Origin: Phoronis australis | Lineage: Eukaryota; Animalia; Phoronida | DNA: 64,000 nt | Direction of reading: 5' to 3' | NCBI GenBank assembly: GCA_002633005.1 | Contig: NMRA01000159.1 | Location: forward strand, 639,520-703,519 | Part shown: piece by piece, positions 1 to 14,346 of the stretch | Layout: every line of letters begins with the position of its first letter | How positions within the stretch are numbered: position 1 is the first letter of the stretch | The notes under the pieces: model-generated | Told to the model about the DNA's origin: nothing | Databases searched by the model: none | The model's input: the letters and a program-made list of their open reading frames with translations, nothing else | Position numbers and translations under genes: made by a program

Positions 1-2859
1 TCAAAGTCTTGCTTTAGTTTTGAAAGGCAAATAACATCTCCTTGTGTTAGAATCTTCGATTCAATGAACTCCAAACAAAACTGTAGAAAACATCTCTGAA
101 AACTGTGAATTCGTCACTCTTCACAATCGTTGTCTTTCTATTTTTTATAGCATGATGATCTGTGGATTCTGTGGTACTTGGCTTCTAAGACACAAGGTCT
201 TTATCTTTGAATTTCATTCGCATATTCAGAGCTCTGGACTGAGCTGTTGCTTGCGATACAAGTCCAACTGAAAAAACCCGAACTGTTAACACTAATTTAA
301 CATTCAACTATGAGTGATTTGGCATGCAATTTTTCAGACGGACTTATCAGGAACTGATCCACCACCAGCCTAACAAATTTACATGCCGTCTGATCTGTAG
401 CCTAATAATGTTGATCGTCTAATAATTAGATCAGTTGATGCAACTGAAAATAAATCAGCTGATATACCAGTGCAGTGATTGAAATTTATTGTTTTTCAAA
501 TCAGATGCTCAAACCATAGTCAATCGATTTACACTTAAGGTAATCGACGTTTGACGAAATGGACAGTGGCTTCCATCGTCCTCAAATTTCGACGGTGACG
601 ATGGCCACTTAGGCACTTTAATTTAATTATCATTGCAGCTACCTAAGTAATTAATGTTTACAAAAAATTTAGACTACGGGCAGGGGATGACGGCCACTTG
701 GGCATGTTGTTTGCAACCATCTACTCCATTTAACCTTCTCAAAAATTTTTGACTTAAAGTGCTTTAAAATCCCACCCACAGTATAACGCCATAGGATTAT
801 CCCTTAGCGCAAGCAGTGTCGATGTGGCAACTGAATGGAGTGTTTGAAAAACAGGATTGCAGGAGTATTTGTTTAAACTGGGAACAGATGAAAACATTAA
901 CGACCTCCTCAGAGGCATCTCTCTACGCGGTATTTCTAAACTTATAGGAACATAATTTGCCGAAAAGTATCCGGCATATGGAGTACCTATGGTATGATCA
1001 TCGTCTCTACTGGGTCAGCAGTATTGTCTAAGGCCTAGGCAGCCAAAGGACTGAACAAGTTAAAAAACAACTGGTGATAATGCTGAAACACACATGGAAA
1101 ACACCAAGATGTATTTTTAAAAAACACGTACCTGTTTTTGAAAGCTATACTTCTTTCTCTTTCTTGAAATGTGGCCCATAACGTACTTTTCCTGCTAACA
1201 AATGATGCACTCATGTTTCAGAATGTTCCTATCTTGTTCAGGTTAATTGGGTGTTTCAGATTTTGGAAGTATAATTGATTTTCTTGGGAAATCTTGGATA
1301 ACATCTGTATCACTTTCAGCAACTTCAGCTTTAGTACTACTGTTGGTGCCTTGAAACGTTGCTATGCCGTTCTATGTCCTTTCAATTTTTTGGTGTGACA
1401 CTTGGTCTTCTAGTCTACAGCACTCAGCAGTATACTGTGTAGACTACCAGGACATGCAGCTGTTTTCTGCACAAACGTTTGTGACACCTCTTCTTCTTTT
1501 TAATCTACTGATCTACAGAGTTCCACAGTTAATCAGCTTTCATCAGGAAGCTTTCCTAAGCTTCTTTAGGCTCTGACATCACAATTTTGTGCTGTTTGAT
1601 AAACCTTGAATTATACAGGCATCACACTCCATGGGGGCAGCCATATTGAAGTAACTAAGCACAACAATACAATCTGACTCTCTGATTGGTCAATTTATTA
1701 GAAAAGCGCCATCAAGTGGCAGGAATGTGCATCATATTTTGTGCAACAAAAACACCTTTTTTAAATAAAATGTGCAAGTGTAGACGTGGGAACTTTTTGG
1801 AATTTGATTTATAGGTATATTATCTAGCCACATAGAAAAACTAGGTTGCCCCCCGAAAGTACTCACAAGGATGAACGCTATGAGATCTGGCCCACCGACT
1901 AAATAGTGAAATTTCCATGCATCCTGGTAAGTTTCTGGCACTTAACATGTCTCTGGAGTTTTTCGTAAGATAATTTAAAACCTTCTCGATTTTGTCACAT
2001 GAACTTGGGTCATAAGTTTCGTGAAACCATTGTGCACATCTGGGTATGAGTCACGCCACCAGCAAAAATTTTTGTTGGAACATCTGCTTACACACACACC
2101 TTTTTTAGCATACGAAAAGTCATATACGAAAAAGTTTGGTGTGCATACAGGGGTTTAGACAACTTCCAAATATTCAAGAGCATAAGGAGCACTGATGGGG
2201 CGTAAAAACTTGAATATCAGATGATCGCGTAACAGCAGCCTTAAGTTGTTTAAGAACGAAGACCTGTACTGTTAGTCCGGAAATAAACATGTGTTCTGTC
2301 TCGTTACGAGAAAAACTGGCGAACGATGGTGCTCTCAGCTCATAGTCTATTATTAAAAGCGACAATAAACAATTAGTATCACTTTATTAAGCTGAATCAC
2401 GTTGACAACAATTGAAAAACGTTAAATGTATCAGGAAACAAATCATCTGAAAACAGGTTCACGAAACCAAAACATCCAGTGCACAGTGGTGAAAAGATAT
2501 ACTGGACCAGTTTGCAGAGGGACCAGAATAACACTGAGAGTACAAAAAAAGGCTGACCTGGTCGGTCACGAGACCAAGAGTGCACCTGTGCTTATTATCC
2601 CTATAAAAATAGTCGATCTGTTGCGGGACAAAACAGTAGTGGCTGAGATAAATAGATTTACAAAGCACACTTTGGTAAAAAAATCACAAGACTAGTTCGC
2701 CGAGGGACCAGAAGTACACTGAAACTCAATAGCTACACCAATCAAGCTGGCCTGATCCGTCGCGAGACCTAAAGTGTACTATGCAAAAAATTTTGAATTG
2801 AAAACTTTTCTCTAGGCACTTTTTAATCCCCAGTGGTTACTCATACGTTAGTCCTATCC

Positions 2860-3530
2860 TTCTGTTGTCTAGACTGCCAAGGAATCTGTATATCGGATCC
2901 AATGGTTTGCTCGTCTTGGAACCATTCTACCCAGATATCTTTGATGTTTGTTCCCAACGCTTGCACTTCGTCAACTGCTGTGTAAATGAGCTTGTAAGCC
3001 TCTACAATGCCAGCATCTTGTTTCGCAGCTCAGTTAGCACTAAGACCCTTGAGGTTGCCAAGTCCATTCAAAAGACTTACATGCGCAACTAAATTTGATC
3101 CGTTCATCATGGACTACTTCAAACCTTGGCGATGTATACCGGGGCCTATTTGCATCTCTTGCAATTTTCGAAATAAACGTCCCAATGTCTGAACGCTTAT
3201 AACCCGAAGTATTAACATCAAATAAATGCCCATGGGCATGAGCGTTTCATCGGGTGGGCCATTCTGCGGAAATTCCCAGTATAGAAGACGGCAGCCTGTG
3301 CTTACTGCAGGTAGAAAGACGGTAGCTGTTGAGGTCGGAGCTAGGGCTCCTTAGAAGGCCTATTGAACATCGCACCAGTCCCGCAAGACTTTGTTGTGAA
3401 AGAACAGCCTCCCCGCAATTTCTGGTACTGTACACAGTTCGCAAACGCGGTCACTTTGTCAATGTGAGTGCTCCCTTGGTCATTCCGTGCATAGACATAA
3501 CTTGTTAGAGTGTATCTTCAAACGGACTCA
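2860..3530 (-). pseudogene. Decayed hAT transposase fragment (THAP12/ZMYM1-like subgroup)
   Basis: Minus-strand translation with stops and frameshifts gives LKGLSAN*AAKQDAGIVEAYKLIYTAVDEVQALGTNIKDIWVEWFQ, resembling the hAT 'LS..LQ...DI..AY..I' region. WPTR* near 3250 may be a CxTRW-like motif. Recognised by eye only. Confidence 0.45.
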
Positions 3531-3539
3531 CGAGCAGAC

Positions 3540-3694
3540 CCCCTCCCCCCACTCAATTTGCTTTACTTGGGGTTTACACACGCTGGTGGGGCCGTTTTTG
3601 TTTTGCTGGAGACGTTTTTGTTTTTTTTTTATTTTTGGGTCCTGGCCCAAGGGGGGGTAAACCTCCTGACCCCCCCCCCGTAGATCCGCCACTG
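3540..3694. mobile_element. hAT-type MITE fragment (one end)
   Basis: Ends in TAGATCCGCCACTG, the reverse complement of the CAGTGGCGGATCTA terminus seen at 5477 and 16529. G/C-run subterminal tracts are present. Confidence 0.55.
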
Positions 3695-3699
3695 GGTTT

Positions 3700-4066
3700 T
3701 CGCACGATAGTCCCCAACACGGAGGAGGACACTGGTGTTGAATTGGATTACAACAGAACAGTATTAAAGAGATGTGGCTATCCTGAGTGGTCGATCATTC
3801 CACAAGGCAAACCATTGCGGAGTCAGGCCTCAGATCACGCAGCCTGACAAGAGGGGAAACATCAGAAAAACATTACCTTTTGTGCCAGGGATCTCAAACC
3901 AGGTTAAATCTCATATGAGGGGCCACGATATTCCTGTTGCGTTCAAACCAATTAACACCATAAGGAGTCAGCTGATGAATGTGAAAGATAAGACCACGAA
4001 ACAGAAAAAATCAAATGTGGTGTATGGCATTTCATGCTCGGATCCAGGGTGTGAGGAAGCCTACAA
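3700..4066 (+). mobile_element. Penelope-like retroelement fragment (RT C-terminal linker to start of GIY-YIG endonuclease)
   Basis: Translations VLKRCGYPEW and TLPFVPGISNQVKSHMRGHDIPVAFKPINTIRSQLMNVKDK...KSNVVYGISCSDPGCEEAY match the characteristic PLE linker/GIY-YIG start. Frameshifted and truncated just before the YIG motif. Confidence 0.85.
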
Positions 4067-5476
4067 TAGCCCACTTGCGAGTTTCTCATTAGTCAATGTG
4101 ACGTCACCGGAAGGGGGCAAAACCCGGACGCCATATTGCTCTTGTTTTCACACACGCTAAGGAGGCACTGAACAGTTCTCATATTGATTTGCCTATCAGA
4201 ACACACGTCAATAGACTCTTCACCCTTTCTTCACTCTGTCAAAAACTGCACGCAAATAAAGAAAAGTTTTGAGTCATTTCACATCACAAGCCCTACAGGT
4301 GAGCACAGAAACTTTGTACTCTCTTGTATTTTTGACCCTTTCACTCTCAATGGAAACCAAGCTGAACTAAGAAAAATAAGGGCAAAAAATGCAAAATCGG
4401 CACCTTTCACCACTTCCCTGCCGAGGCACGACTAAAACCAACAATATATTCTGAAAGAAAATTTCCTACAGATTCCGAAAATCTGGTCCAGAAGTACTGT
4501 CAATCAACTATTTTTTTTTGCAAATCTGGCTTGTTTGAGGGCTACCTGAAATCGCGGCCAATTTCTCAGTCGCTACCCAGCAATGCACAATTGCAACCGG
4601 GGGCCGCCATCTTGAAGAAGAGTGCAGCTGCAGCCTAGAAAGTGGCCTTTTTATTTTCAGCATGTTCACAAATGCAAACAAACCACATTCACCGAGCCTA
4701 CATGCAATGCCCACCTACAAAATGCCCCCAAACTTGGCCTACCCCAAAGTTTTAATATTTTGGCCGCAACCTAACTATTCAGTGCCCCCCCCCGGGCTAG
4801 TGCCGCAAAAATAAAACAGGCAGAGCGTAGGGAAATGTTGAGTTTATTAATTAACCCCGGTAATTAACATTATACGGCGGAAACAAGATTGAAATGTGCA
4901 CATGTTAGTATATGGGCCTGCTACCGAGTCTGGCAAATGAGCTCTGATGACACGCACGCGCTCGCTCGCAAACGCGACCCAGTCGCAAAATTACCTTTTT
5001 TACTCTCGCGACATCTAGCGCCCAGATAGCGTTTTGATGACATGCGCGTTGATAGAATGACCGGAGTCTTCACAAGTGGAGGAGTATTTTATATAGGAAG
5101 TAAACACTTGCGGAGGTCGGCTTTGTTTTTGTTTTCAAATTACACTGCAGTTGTATTCTTTGATAATTTGTAAAGGTGTAAACAAAAATACTCCAAGTAT
5201 ATGGCCTCTGTGCTTATGATATACCTCGCATTTTGCCTAATATAACTTTTGACATAAGTAATTGGCTTGTAAAATGCACACTTTATCTATTCATCAGTCT
5301 TACACAGTCGGTCACAAAGCCGATGTTATGTTTATTTGACGCCGCATGGTTGTCAATACTTGCATTTGAAGGCAACATGTTCATCTAATCAGATTTTGAA
5401 TTTGTCAATGCCCAAATAACATGCAGTGCTGCGAACACAAACCAATTTGCAAGTGTGAGGAACTGGCCGTACTAAT

Positions 5477-5796
5477 CAGTGGCGGATCTAGGATACCATT
5501 AAGGGGTGTCCAACATGTTGCCTCGGGACATTGTGCAAGGTGTGATTGGCAATTGCATGTGCGTAAGCAGCCCCAAAGGTGAGGGAGCCAGCCCGCGGAA
5601 GTGCACTTTCCATTCAGGAAAATCAACCATTCGACTATCGATTAAAAAAAGGAGCAGCCACTCCGCGGCAACTTGGACGTTCACCGCTACCGGTCCTACT
5701 TCCTAGACTCAATATTTCCTCACACTCCACACTGTTGCCCCTTCATTTGCTTGCGGCAGCTGAGGGGGGGGTTGTCGGGGGCTAAATCCGCCTATG
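5477..5796. mobile_element. hAT-type MITE nested in the MULE-like element
   Basis: Termini CAGTGGCGGATCTAG ... CTAAATCCGCCTATG, flanked by CTAAT/ATAAT (4/5 match). Body is similar to 19410-19645 and 22754-23077. Confidence 0.75.
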
Positions 5797-8270
5797 ATAA
5801 TTCCCATAAATTCTGAAGGTGTTTCGTCTTTAGTCAAGAGGTAGTTCTTCGTGGTAAATGGAAATGTAATCCTATCAAGGTAAGAACTATAAAAAATTTT
5901 TATAAGCGTAAAGCGAGGTCGCATTTCATTTCTTACAGCTAAATGGTGTGCAATGAAGCCTAAAGTCAAAAATAGATTGTACATGTAGGCTAATTTCAAC
6001 ATTCTGAACACCATAAAACTTAGTGTAAGCAGAAATATTGTATTTACCATCAGAGAAAACAACATAGGATTTGTAGTTTGCAGGTGATTCATTTTATTTT
6101 ACATTGTTTCATGACACGTAAGAACCATCTTTAACGATCTGTATTTCTAGATATACAATATTAGTTAGCATTGATGTGACTTATTCAAAGCAGACACCTG
6201 CAGAACAAATGAAGTCTCAAACAACTGAGGAAGAATAAAAATAATTATTGAATAATTTGAAATAGAAATGGATGTTGATTGTTATCAAATACTGATGCAA
6301 AATATGATAAAAAACAACATCAGTTGTGTTGTTGTCAACACTTTCCAACATTTGGAAATAAACTGGCATCTAAACTGATACAAAAATAATAAATAAGACC
6401 AGAAGGTGACACAGAATACAACTTATCCATCTGAAAATAAAATAAGAACTGTAATCAATTGAAAATCAAGCTTTACAATGATTGATGAAATACCTGTAGA
6501 TAAACAGTAATTATTAAACAACATGTTGCTAATGTTTAGTAGTAAACCCTGAATTCTTAACCCAAGTCCTTTAGAGTTTAAAACATCACCAAGTTCATTA
6601 TATAGTTCTTGAGTCATTTGAATTGGCAACTCTAGATGTGCTGCCATGGTGGAGTTTGAAGCCTGATAGATTGAAGCCAGAATTTTATGTATCTTTTAAT
6701 CAAAACTATTAGCTGTTATGATTGAACTTTATAAAAGTACAAAACGGATACCTACAATAGTAAGTTAAAGGCTATGACCAGAAACGGAAGATGCATTTGA
6801 GCCGCATAATACTGGGCAACGCATATTTTACATAAAGTATATTAAAAGTGAATCAAACATTGAGAATCATTAACATATTCTGCATCAAGTAGTAGTTAAT
6901 ATTTGATAACAGTTGAGCAACAGTTAGTTTCACATAATAAAGATGAATAAGTGTGCTTGTTTTTGAAGTAATTAATATCTAAAGTCAATCATTTGATTGT
7001 ATGCTGGAGTACCAAGCTAGACAAAACCATTCCACCTCAGAGGGAGGTGGATTGTCCTCAATAACATTTTCACATTTGAAATGAAACCAGTCGTATCATC
7101 TGTCACATTGAATGGATGGTTGAATTCCCTCATCAGGGTCCTTACATTCTAAGTTACATACGGAACACAAGAAATGTTTCAAACTTGTTTTTGGCCTATG
7201 CTTTGACGGTTTAGGAGAAAGCTTATGCTTTGCAATTTTTGCCAAACCAGGTTTCTTGGAATTCTACAAGTCTTGTAGTTTTTTAATTGGAAAGTAAGGC
7301 ATAGGAGACAAACAAGCATCTTTATCCTCAAATGTAGAAGATGTGATAGAATGCTTTTTGAGATGGTTGCAGAATTCTTGGAGATTTTTGAAAATACAAT
7401 TCACTCCTTCTTTATAACAATACATAAATCTTCGCTTCCTATGATTGGACTGAATGCATTTCCTCAGGCTACCCTCATTAGTAAAACAGAACGGTTTAAG
7501 TCAGAAAGCACGCTTGGCACTGAATCATTACAGAAAGTTTTTTTTACAATTTTGACTCTCATTTTGTGGATGGGTGTTTGAGATGGGAAGACGAGTAATC
7601 TGGAATATGAGGCACAGTACTCATATACAATTATTTGTTTTAGTCCGTTTCCTGGTTTCTGAATGATAACACAACATACAGGTGTTTAAAAAGTATGGTT
7701 TCCCTATAACAATAAATGACAGACAAGTGCAAAAGTGCACAAATAATATTTACAAACATTGTGACCAGCAAGCAGCACGTGATACTCTTCAGGGATGTAA
7801 AATTTGGTCTTTTCTCTGTTAATTTGAAGCAACATTCCCACCAGGTCCTTATTGGTTCTATTAACTGGAGCATCTGCATTATATCCATGTTCGGAAATGC
7901 CAGTTTGTAACACAGAAGGACTGAAAGTAGAAAGCGTGAGTGAATTATTCTCAAAAGACAATGTATGGAAATTCACCATCTGTCCACATGTAACATTTGC
8001 CATCCTTTTCTAAAAGTTTTACTCACACTCGCTTTCAAGAACCGATGTAAAACACAGTTCACGAATCAAACAGTTTGGTATCGACATGGGTTAACAGCAC
8101 AGTTGATATTCAGACATGATTGGTGCATCTCCAACGTGACATCGAAACGGTTCTGGCACATTGTAACATCTCAGTTATTGATGCAAGTAATTTGTTCCAG
8201 AGAAACACTTCAATTGAGACGTAATAATTTTATGGACTCTTCCTCATTCTTACTTGATGATTTATTGCAG

Positions 8271-8518
8271 GTCAAGCGTCTGGAAGTCTACAACCAAATT
8301 TATGAGTTGCTGGAACACTTAAAATAATTATGAAAATTAGGCCCAAATTAATACCTAACGAACGGTTACTAAGTCTAAGCCAGGTTACAAAACAATTGTC
8401 AAGCGTCTGAAAGTCTACAACCAAATATATGAGTTACTGGAACATTTAAATAATATGAAAATTAGACCTAATACACAACGAACGGTTACTAACTAAGCCA
8501 GGTTAAAAAACAATTGTC
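8271..8518. repeat. Tandem duplication of ~120-127 bp
   Basis: Two adjacent copies begin GTCAAGCGTCTG(G/A)AAGTCTACAACCAAAT at 8271 and 8398. Confidence 0.9.
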
Positions 8519-9013
8519 TGCTCTAGACCTTTAAACACGGAGCTGCAAACTAATGATTAATGACAAAATGAAATTATGCACTACTATGTAATTAAGCCTT
8601 TACAACTGTAATCTTGAACACGTTAAGAATTAGAAGGAATCACTAATTTTGTAATAGAAGAAGCAACCCAGGTAAATGTCGCTTGTATGTTCGCTTTCAA
8701 TCGCAGTCTGTTTCTGCACCAGCAAATGCCAGAATCAGAAAGAGGTAAAAGTGCTCCATCCGGTAATACGCTATCTGGGCGCTAGATGTCGCGAGAGTAA
8801 AAAAGGTAATTTTGCGACTGGGTCGCGTTTGCCGCTCGCTCACTCGGTGCACACCTGCAGACTAACTTCAAAACAAACGTCACGTGACAACAACTTGTGT
8901 TCGTCCAGATTTTTCGCTTGTTGCGGGGTGCGATCTAGCCCAGACTTGGATTGCGATTAATCCCGACTCCACAGGAACTTGAAAATCTTAAGTACGCTAT
9001 TTGGAAAACTTAA

Positions 9014-12000
9014 AGTCCTGGTCTCAAAATGCCCATGTGGTTCCACTATCCGACATATAGGGTCAGAAAGGAATGAATTTGACACCGTTTCTCAAGAATG
9101 CAGGAACAGGTGACAATGTTTTTCATCTATTTGAAGGTTGTGAATTCTTTTGCATGTCCACATGATTATTTTTTGGTGTTTTGTATGCGCAGAATGAGGT
9201 GTTAGTGTATAACGTACACTGTCGGTTTTTCAAGTGCATGAAACATGTACCTCCACCAAAAGTGTCCTGGTATTGTTATCGCAACTGATTTTCAAGTATC
9301 AGTGACATTCTGCTTACACAGGTCATGCACATACCACATGATATCAAAGTTGTCGTCTGCAGACCCGTAGCCAGGAGGGTTCGGGGATTCCATCGCAGTT
9401 GAAAATTTTCGGGCACAGTAGGCCTACATTCGTCACAGATGGGACATAGATGAACAACAAATACAATAATTTGTTGCAATTGTTACTGGTACTGTACTAA
9501 CTATAATAATTAGCAAGTGGTGTTAATAATTTCGAATTTGATTCTGAATGAAAGCAGTACTTTACATTGTCTCTTCGGGCCAATTCGGGCCGTACCCCAG
9601 CGGCCAACTTCACCAAGTGGCCATTTGTTCGCGTAGATGACACTGAGGGTCGTGCTGACCGCTAGAGGACGCTTGATGTTATTGAAACTCTTAAATTCCT
9701 GGTCTTTCACGTTGTTAACCCTTATTACATGGTTAGAGGATGTAAAACGATCCAAGAAGTACCTACCCCATAACTAATACACGATCCGTACTCGAAAAAA
9801 GTTTGAACGCACCACTTACGATTCGCACCCGAAGAACCACCGCCATTTTGAACTTGCCGCGAACCCGGAAGTACAATTCATTCTGGAACCCAGGCTAAGA
9901 AAACGCCGTCAGAGTGAGTGCCTGTTACCAACCTGCAAACGGGGGTGAAATAATGGACAGCGCGCCTTAATTTTAATAAAATCAAAATACGGACAATTTT
10001 ATCGAATTTGCCGAAAAAATGTGACGAATAAATTTTCACAGAAATTATTTTGCCGGCCTCAGGACCGCAGCCTATTGGACCCGGTGAGGATCGAGACAAG
10101 ACCCACGCGAACGGTAAAGGCATGCGGTTGCAAGCTGTTTTGTCGAAGTGAAATGTTCAAATCATGAAAGCCGTATACATGTATATTGAAAGGTAGTTTC
10201 AGACACTTGCATAAAATTACGGTCTCGTTAATCCTGTGTCACACTGCCGCGGCAGCCCTTAGCTAGCGTCAGTGCCAGCTACCAGTATGAATTAAGACTA
10301 TACCGTCAAAATACAGCTAGCTTGTTAGTAGGCCCATACAGCTTTGGGCCAAGGCTACCCTTAGGCCTACCTGATCGCTGGCCACAGCGCTCGCTCAAAC
10401 GAGGTTTATTTAGAGCTTGGGTACTTCTGGCGAACTGTGCAAAGTTGTTGGCTTTCGACAGAGATTTTCCCAGACTTTGTATGAGCGCACCAAGCTTAAA
10501 AAATTGGTGGCTGGAATTTTTGGGAATGTTTAGCTTTTACTATAAGATTCACTGGGTATGTTCAGAGTTATGAATGGCAGACGCTAAATTTTGGTACTTC
10601 CTGTCTTCTAGTGGAATATATCGTCTCGCTTTCTACTTTTTTCGGAGTTCGTGCTTCTCTGACTGAGGCAGACCTTTTTCCATTTCTCCAAATAGGGGCT
10701 CGTTCGAGCACATAAGTATGACAAGTCCAATACAAAATGTTATCATTTTTTATTCATTAAACCAAAATGATTCAACCTTTTAACATAATAAGTAACTTAA
10801 AATGCACAATACTTTACAACCTTTAGCATTACAAACACTATTCAACAGCAAAAGTTTCCACGATATGAAAGTGGACATACATGTAACTATTACCATGGTG
10901 ACCGAATAGTGTTTCCTTACACCAGAATTTGACAAGCATGAAATAAAAAATATGAAGTTGCAAGGAATAAGACTGGAGGCTTGAAGCTTCACAATAAAGC
11001 ATAGCTTATTTCTCAAATTAAGATTATTCATATTGTTGACTTGATAACCTGAATTAACAAGCAATAAGTTACAAAACATGACTTGAAAGCAATTGAGACT
11101 TAAAATTTAGAAAAATGTTAATCATTTTTGACACCTAATCAAGCCTTGAACAGCAGTTGATAGTCAAACAAAAAACCATTTCAAAATTATTTCAACTATT
11201 TCTTAGCTTAGTGTAAGATCACCTGAATGGGAAATTCACAGTAAAATAATTCGAATTATCTTACATTTTTGCACAAAAAACATGAAAATTGAACAAAGTT
11301 CCTTTTTTGTAGCAAAGTTTGTCAAAATGTCACAAATTACAAAGTATCAGGTTGAACATGCCTTCCAGTTCAGCAAAAGTCGCCATGTTGCCGGTGCCGC
11401 CAGAAATGAGACGGGAATTGTGAGCACATTTATCACTTAATGAGTAACAACTGCGAGGCTGAAATTTGGTGAACACTGTTGAATCGTGCAGAATAGTAAG
11501 TAAAGATATGTCTCATTAAATTTCACCGTAAATTGTTGGCGAAAACAATTTACACAAAGTTTTAAACTCGTAACTTATACCGCTGTCCTCCAATAAGGCC
11601 GACGCGATCCAAACAAAGTGACCCAAATTTCGCCACAAAAATTGCAATAACGTAACAGTGCTTGCCCGATTTTGATAATTTTGATTTTTACTGGGTAGGA
11701 TGCACTACCTTTCCGATGATAGCAAAGCACTTTTTCAAAACGAGAAAAAAAAAATGATCAAAACGGAAAGAAATTGGTTCGACCCATATTGGTTCCTAGG
11801 TTCGACCGCCCAACGTAAAGAACTAAACACCAATGCTATTTTAACATAATAAGTACGAGTACCATTCCAAAAAAATTCAACGACCACTAACTACAAACTA
11901 TAAATACACTACACACACAAAGGAATCACGAGATATTACTTATAAAACAAAATAATGAAGACTTTTCGAGCAAGCCATAGCACATTCAGTTACAAGGAAA

Positions 12001-12238
12001 AAAATGGCGGCGTTCAGGACAAGTTCCTGAACTGATGAGCCGGAAATGTGGGTACGGAAATAGCCGATGACAGCCGGTAATTATACATGTACGCTCACAG
12101 AGAAGGGACAAATACTGTTAAAAATCGCTTTTGGCAAGAAAGGCGAAAAGAATATAAAGAAAGGGTGTCGAAAATAAGATTTTATGTAGTAAGTATTTTC
12201 GGATACTGGAACCACGTGGGCAGTTTGAGATCAGGACT
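9014..12238. mobile_element. TTAA-flanked non-autonomous DNA transposon (Kolobok-like)
   Basis: TTAA|AGTCCTGGTCTCAAAATGCCCATGTGGTTCCACTATCCGA at 9010 is an imperfect ~38-bp inverted repeat of TCGGATACTGGAACCACGTGGGCAGTTTGAGATCAGGACT|TTAA ending at 12242. Termini are AG...CT. Confidence 0.7.
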
Positions 12239-12929
12239 TTAAGCCACCGACTACCATGTTGAACGTGCGTGGTGACTACACCATAGGATAACAAGAACCT
12301 ATAGTAGTAAATGCCTATACTAATAGAGCTAGGAGAGTTCCAAAAAGTAGTGTGTGAATAACTTAAAATCGATCAACCAACAAAGCAGCAGAAAACAGGT
12401 TTGTTAATTATATGCTATTTCGATACAGTTTCCAGCATAGTGAAGTGCAGGCTTTTTTAAATTTGAATTGAATGTGATCGTCGATTATAATGTTCATCCA
12501 CTGCACGCTTGGGTTGTAGATTGGTGGATTGACCAGCAAGTGATGTGTGCGCTTTCGTTCTTCATTCAGTTCACTACTCTCTGATTGTCTGATTATGAGG
12601 CAGAACGGGAATGCACAAAATATTATATCTGTGTTCATTCAGTAACCATTTGAAGGGTGTGCAAAAGTTGAATAGTTTTTAAGAAAATCGATTGCATTCT
12701 GTGTTAATGAGCTCAGTTCCTATCACTAACAACGAGATTCTTGAAATTAAAACGACTCATTCTCTAACAGAGACAACATCTGCGGACGGGGATATTTTGT
12801 TTCAGGGCTGCAGCGACTAACGTGGGTATTTAGATTTGAGAAGACTTGATGTGACTCTCTGACTTGATAAAACTGGGAGAGGTAGAGTACCTTATTCTGT
12901 GTAAAAGTACGCAGAGGTACATGTATATT

Positions 12930-13165
12930 AAGAAAAAGTACGCATAGATTAAGCACATTTCTATGCGCAGAAAGCTACTCGTTCATACACTGTATAACAT
13001 GCGTGTACGGTTGCTTAATCTAGGCGAACTTTTAGCCCTTAAACGATTATCGTTCTGCTCTTAATAACTTAATTTGAGAGCAAGGGAGTGATTGGACTAC
13101 ATGAATTGATTAAAAATACGCGTAGATTAAGCACACCATTTCTACGCGCAGAAATGTACTCGTTT
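12930..13165. repeat. Degenerate direct repeat (~55 bp, two copies)
   Basis: TACGCATAGATTAAGCACATTTCTATGCGCAGAAAGCTACTCGTT (~12938) recurs as TACGCGTAGATTAAGCACACCATTTCTACGCGCAGAAATGTACTCGTT (~13117). Confidence 0.7.
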
Positions 13166-14346
13166 AAAAGAGGCCTGGAATGCGATATTTTGAAGAGCTT
13201 TCTTGTTCCATGTCTCTTTAAGAACCCTTTGGCGCTTCATACTTGCCAAGTAACAGTGCGTACTACGCAACTAGATAGTTATGGTAAAATCAATTCAAGG
13301 CTTTCTGATTATTAAACTGTGAGTTCGTTAACCCCATTGTCACCGACAATTAAGCACCAGATCGACATCCAGCACTGTGGACTCGAAAACTGTCATAGTT
13401 GTGGCCATTTTACACAACACTACCGACACAGTCAAGCTGGTTACGCCTTATGTGTAAGTGTTTTTTTCTAGAGACTTGCATGGGGGTTACTGAAACTTGA
13501 AATTTAATGGACAGATTTAATTGGATATTGGCGCAAAATTTCACCAACATCAGACTGATCAAAGTCTTCATGTTTAGCCATCTCTTGTACCAGTTTTATC
13601 ACACGTGGGTTTCAAATGATAATTTTGTGTGTGTCCTAAAACACGATTTTGTGGGCGCAATGTGCATTTGTCATTAGCTTTTACACGTGCGCTGGTTATT
13701 TTGAGAACCCTCGTCAGACGTTGATGAAACTTGACACAGGGACATTCATATACATGTACGGTGGGTAATGTGCTGACACTAGACAATTTTCGAAAGGATT
13801 CCAATACGAATCAATGTTGATGTCACTGCAGCCAAAATCGAAACTAACTGTTACTCAATGACAATTATCTTTAACGCGTCTTACCTAAGTACCGAGTTTT
13901 TTTCTTAAATATTCATTCTAGATGTTTGGAATTCATTAAATTTCAATAGAATTTCCATGACTATGTGCTCTGACGAAACTATTGTTGCAATTAGTCGTGA
14001 CACAATACAGTTTGATTTTTTTTAGGTAGGAGCACAATGTAGTTTCTTTCTCAGAATTGTGTATGAAATGGTTTCATAGGAAATGATTACAGGTTTCATT
14101 TTACATATTTCTAGCAAAATAAGAACCTTGATTTTGCAATCTTTGTAAGACATATTACTTCGAGAAGAATGAACCAGGTTTTAGAAACGAGATAGAAGGA
14201 ATTTGTTGGAGAACAGATGAAAAGCGGATGGGAAAGTAAGTGGATGTATGCTGAAACTCAAAAAATGCCATCGTGGATCCAGACATCCATAATTGTACCT
14301 GCGTGAACTGTGACCTCTCTTTAAAATTGAAATGAAAACGTGTTAA

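Larger units (their letters stand above)
4968..8832. mobile_element. Non-autonomous DNA transposon, MULE/Mutator-like
   Basis: Perfect 65-bp TIRs (4968-5032 and 8768-8832, GCAAACGCGACCCAGTCGC...) and a perfect 9-bp TSD CGCTCGCTC (4959-4967, 8833-8841). The superfamily is inferred from the 9-bp TSD and G...C termini. Confidence 0.85.

Noticed and set aside
4067-9897. Possible Academ-like element bounded by TAGCC...GGCTA
   Set aside because: Only 5 bp of inverted match, no TSD, and it would overlap the 9014-12238 element inconsistently.
12028-12050. CTGATGAG...GAAA hammerhead ribozyme-like core
   Set aside because: No stem II and no plausible stems I/III or cleavage triplet could be formed by eye.
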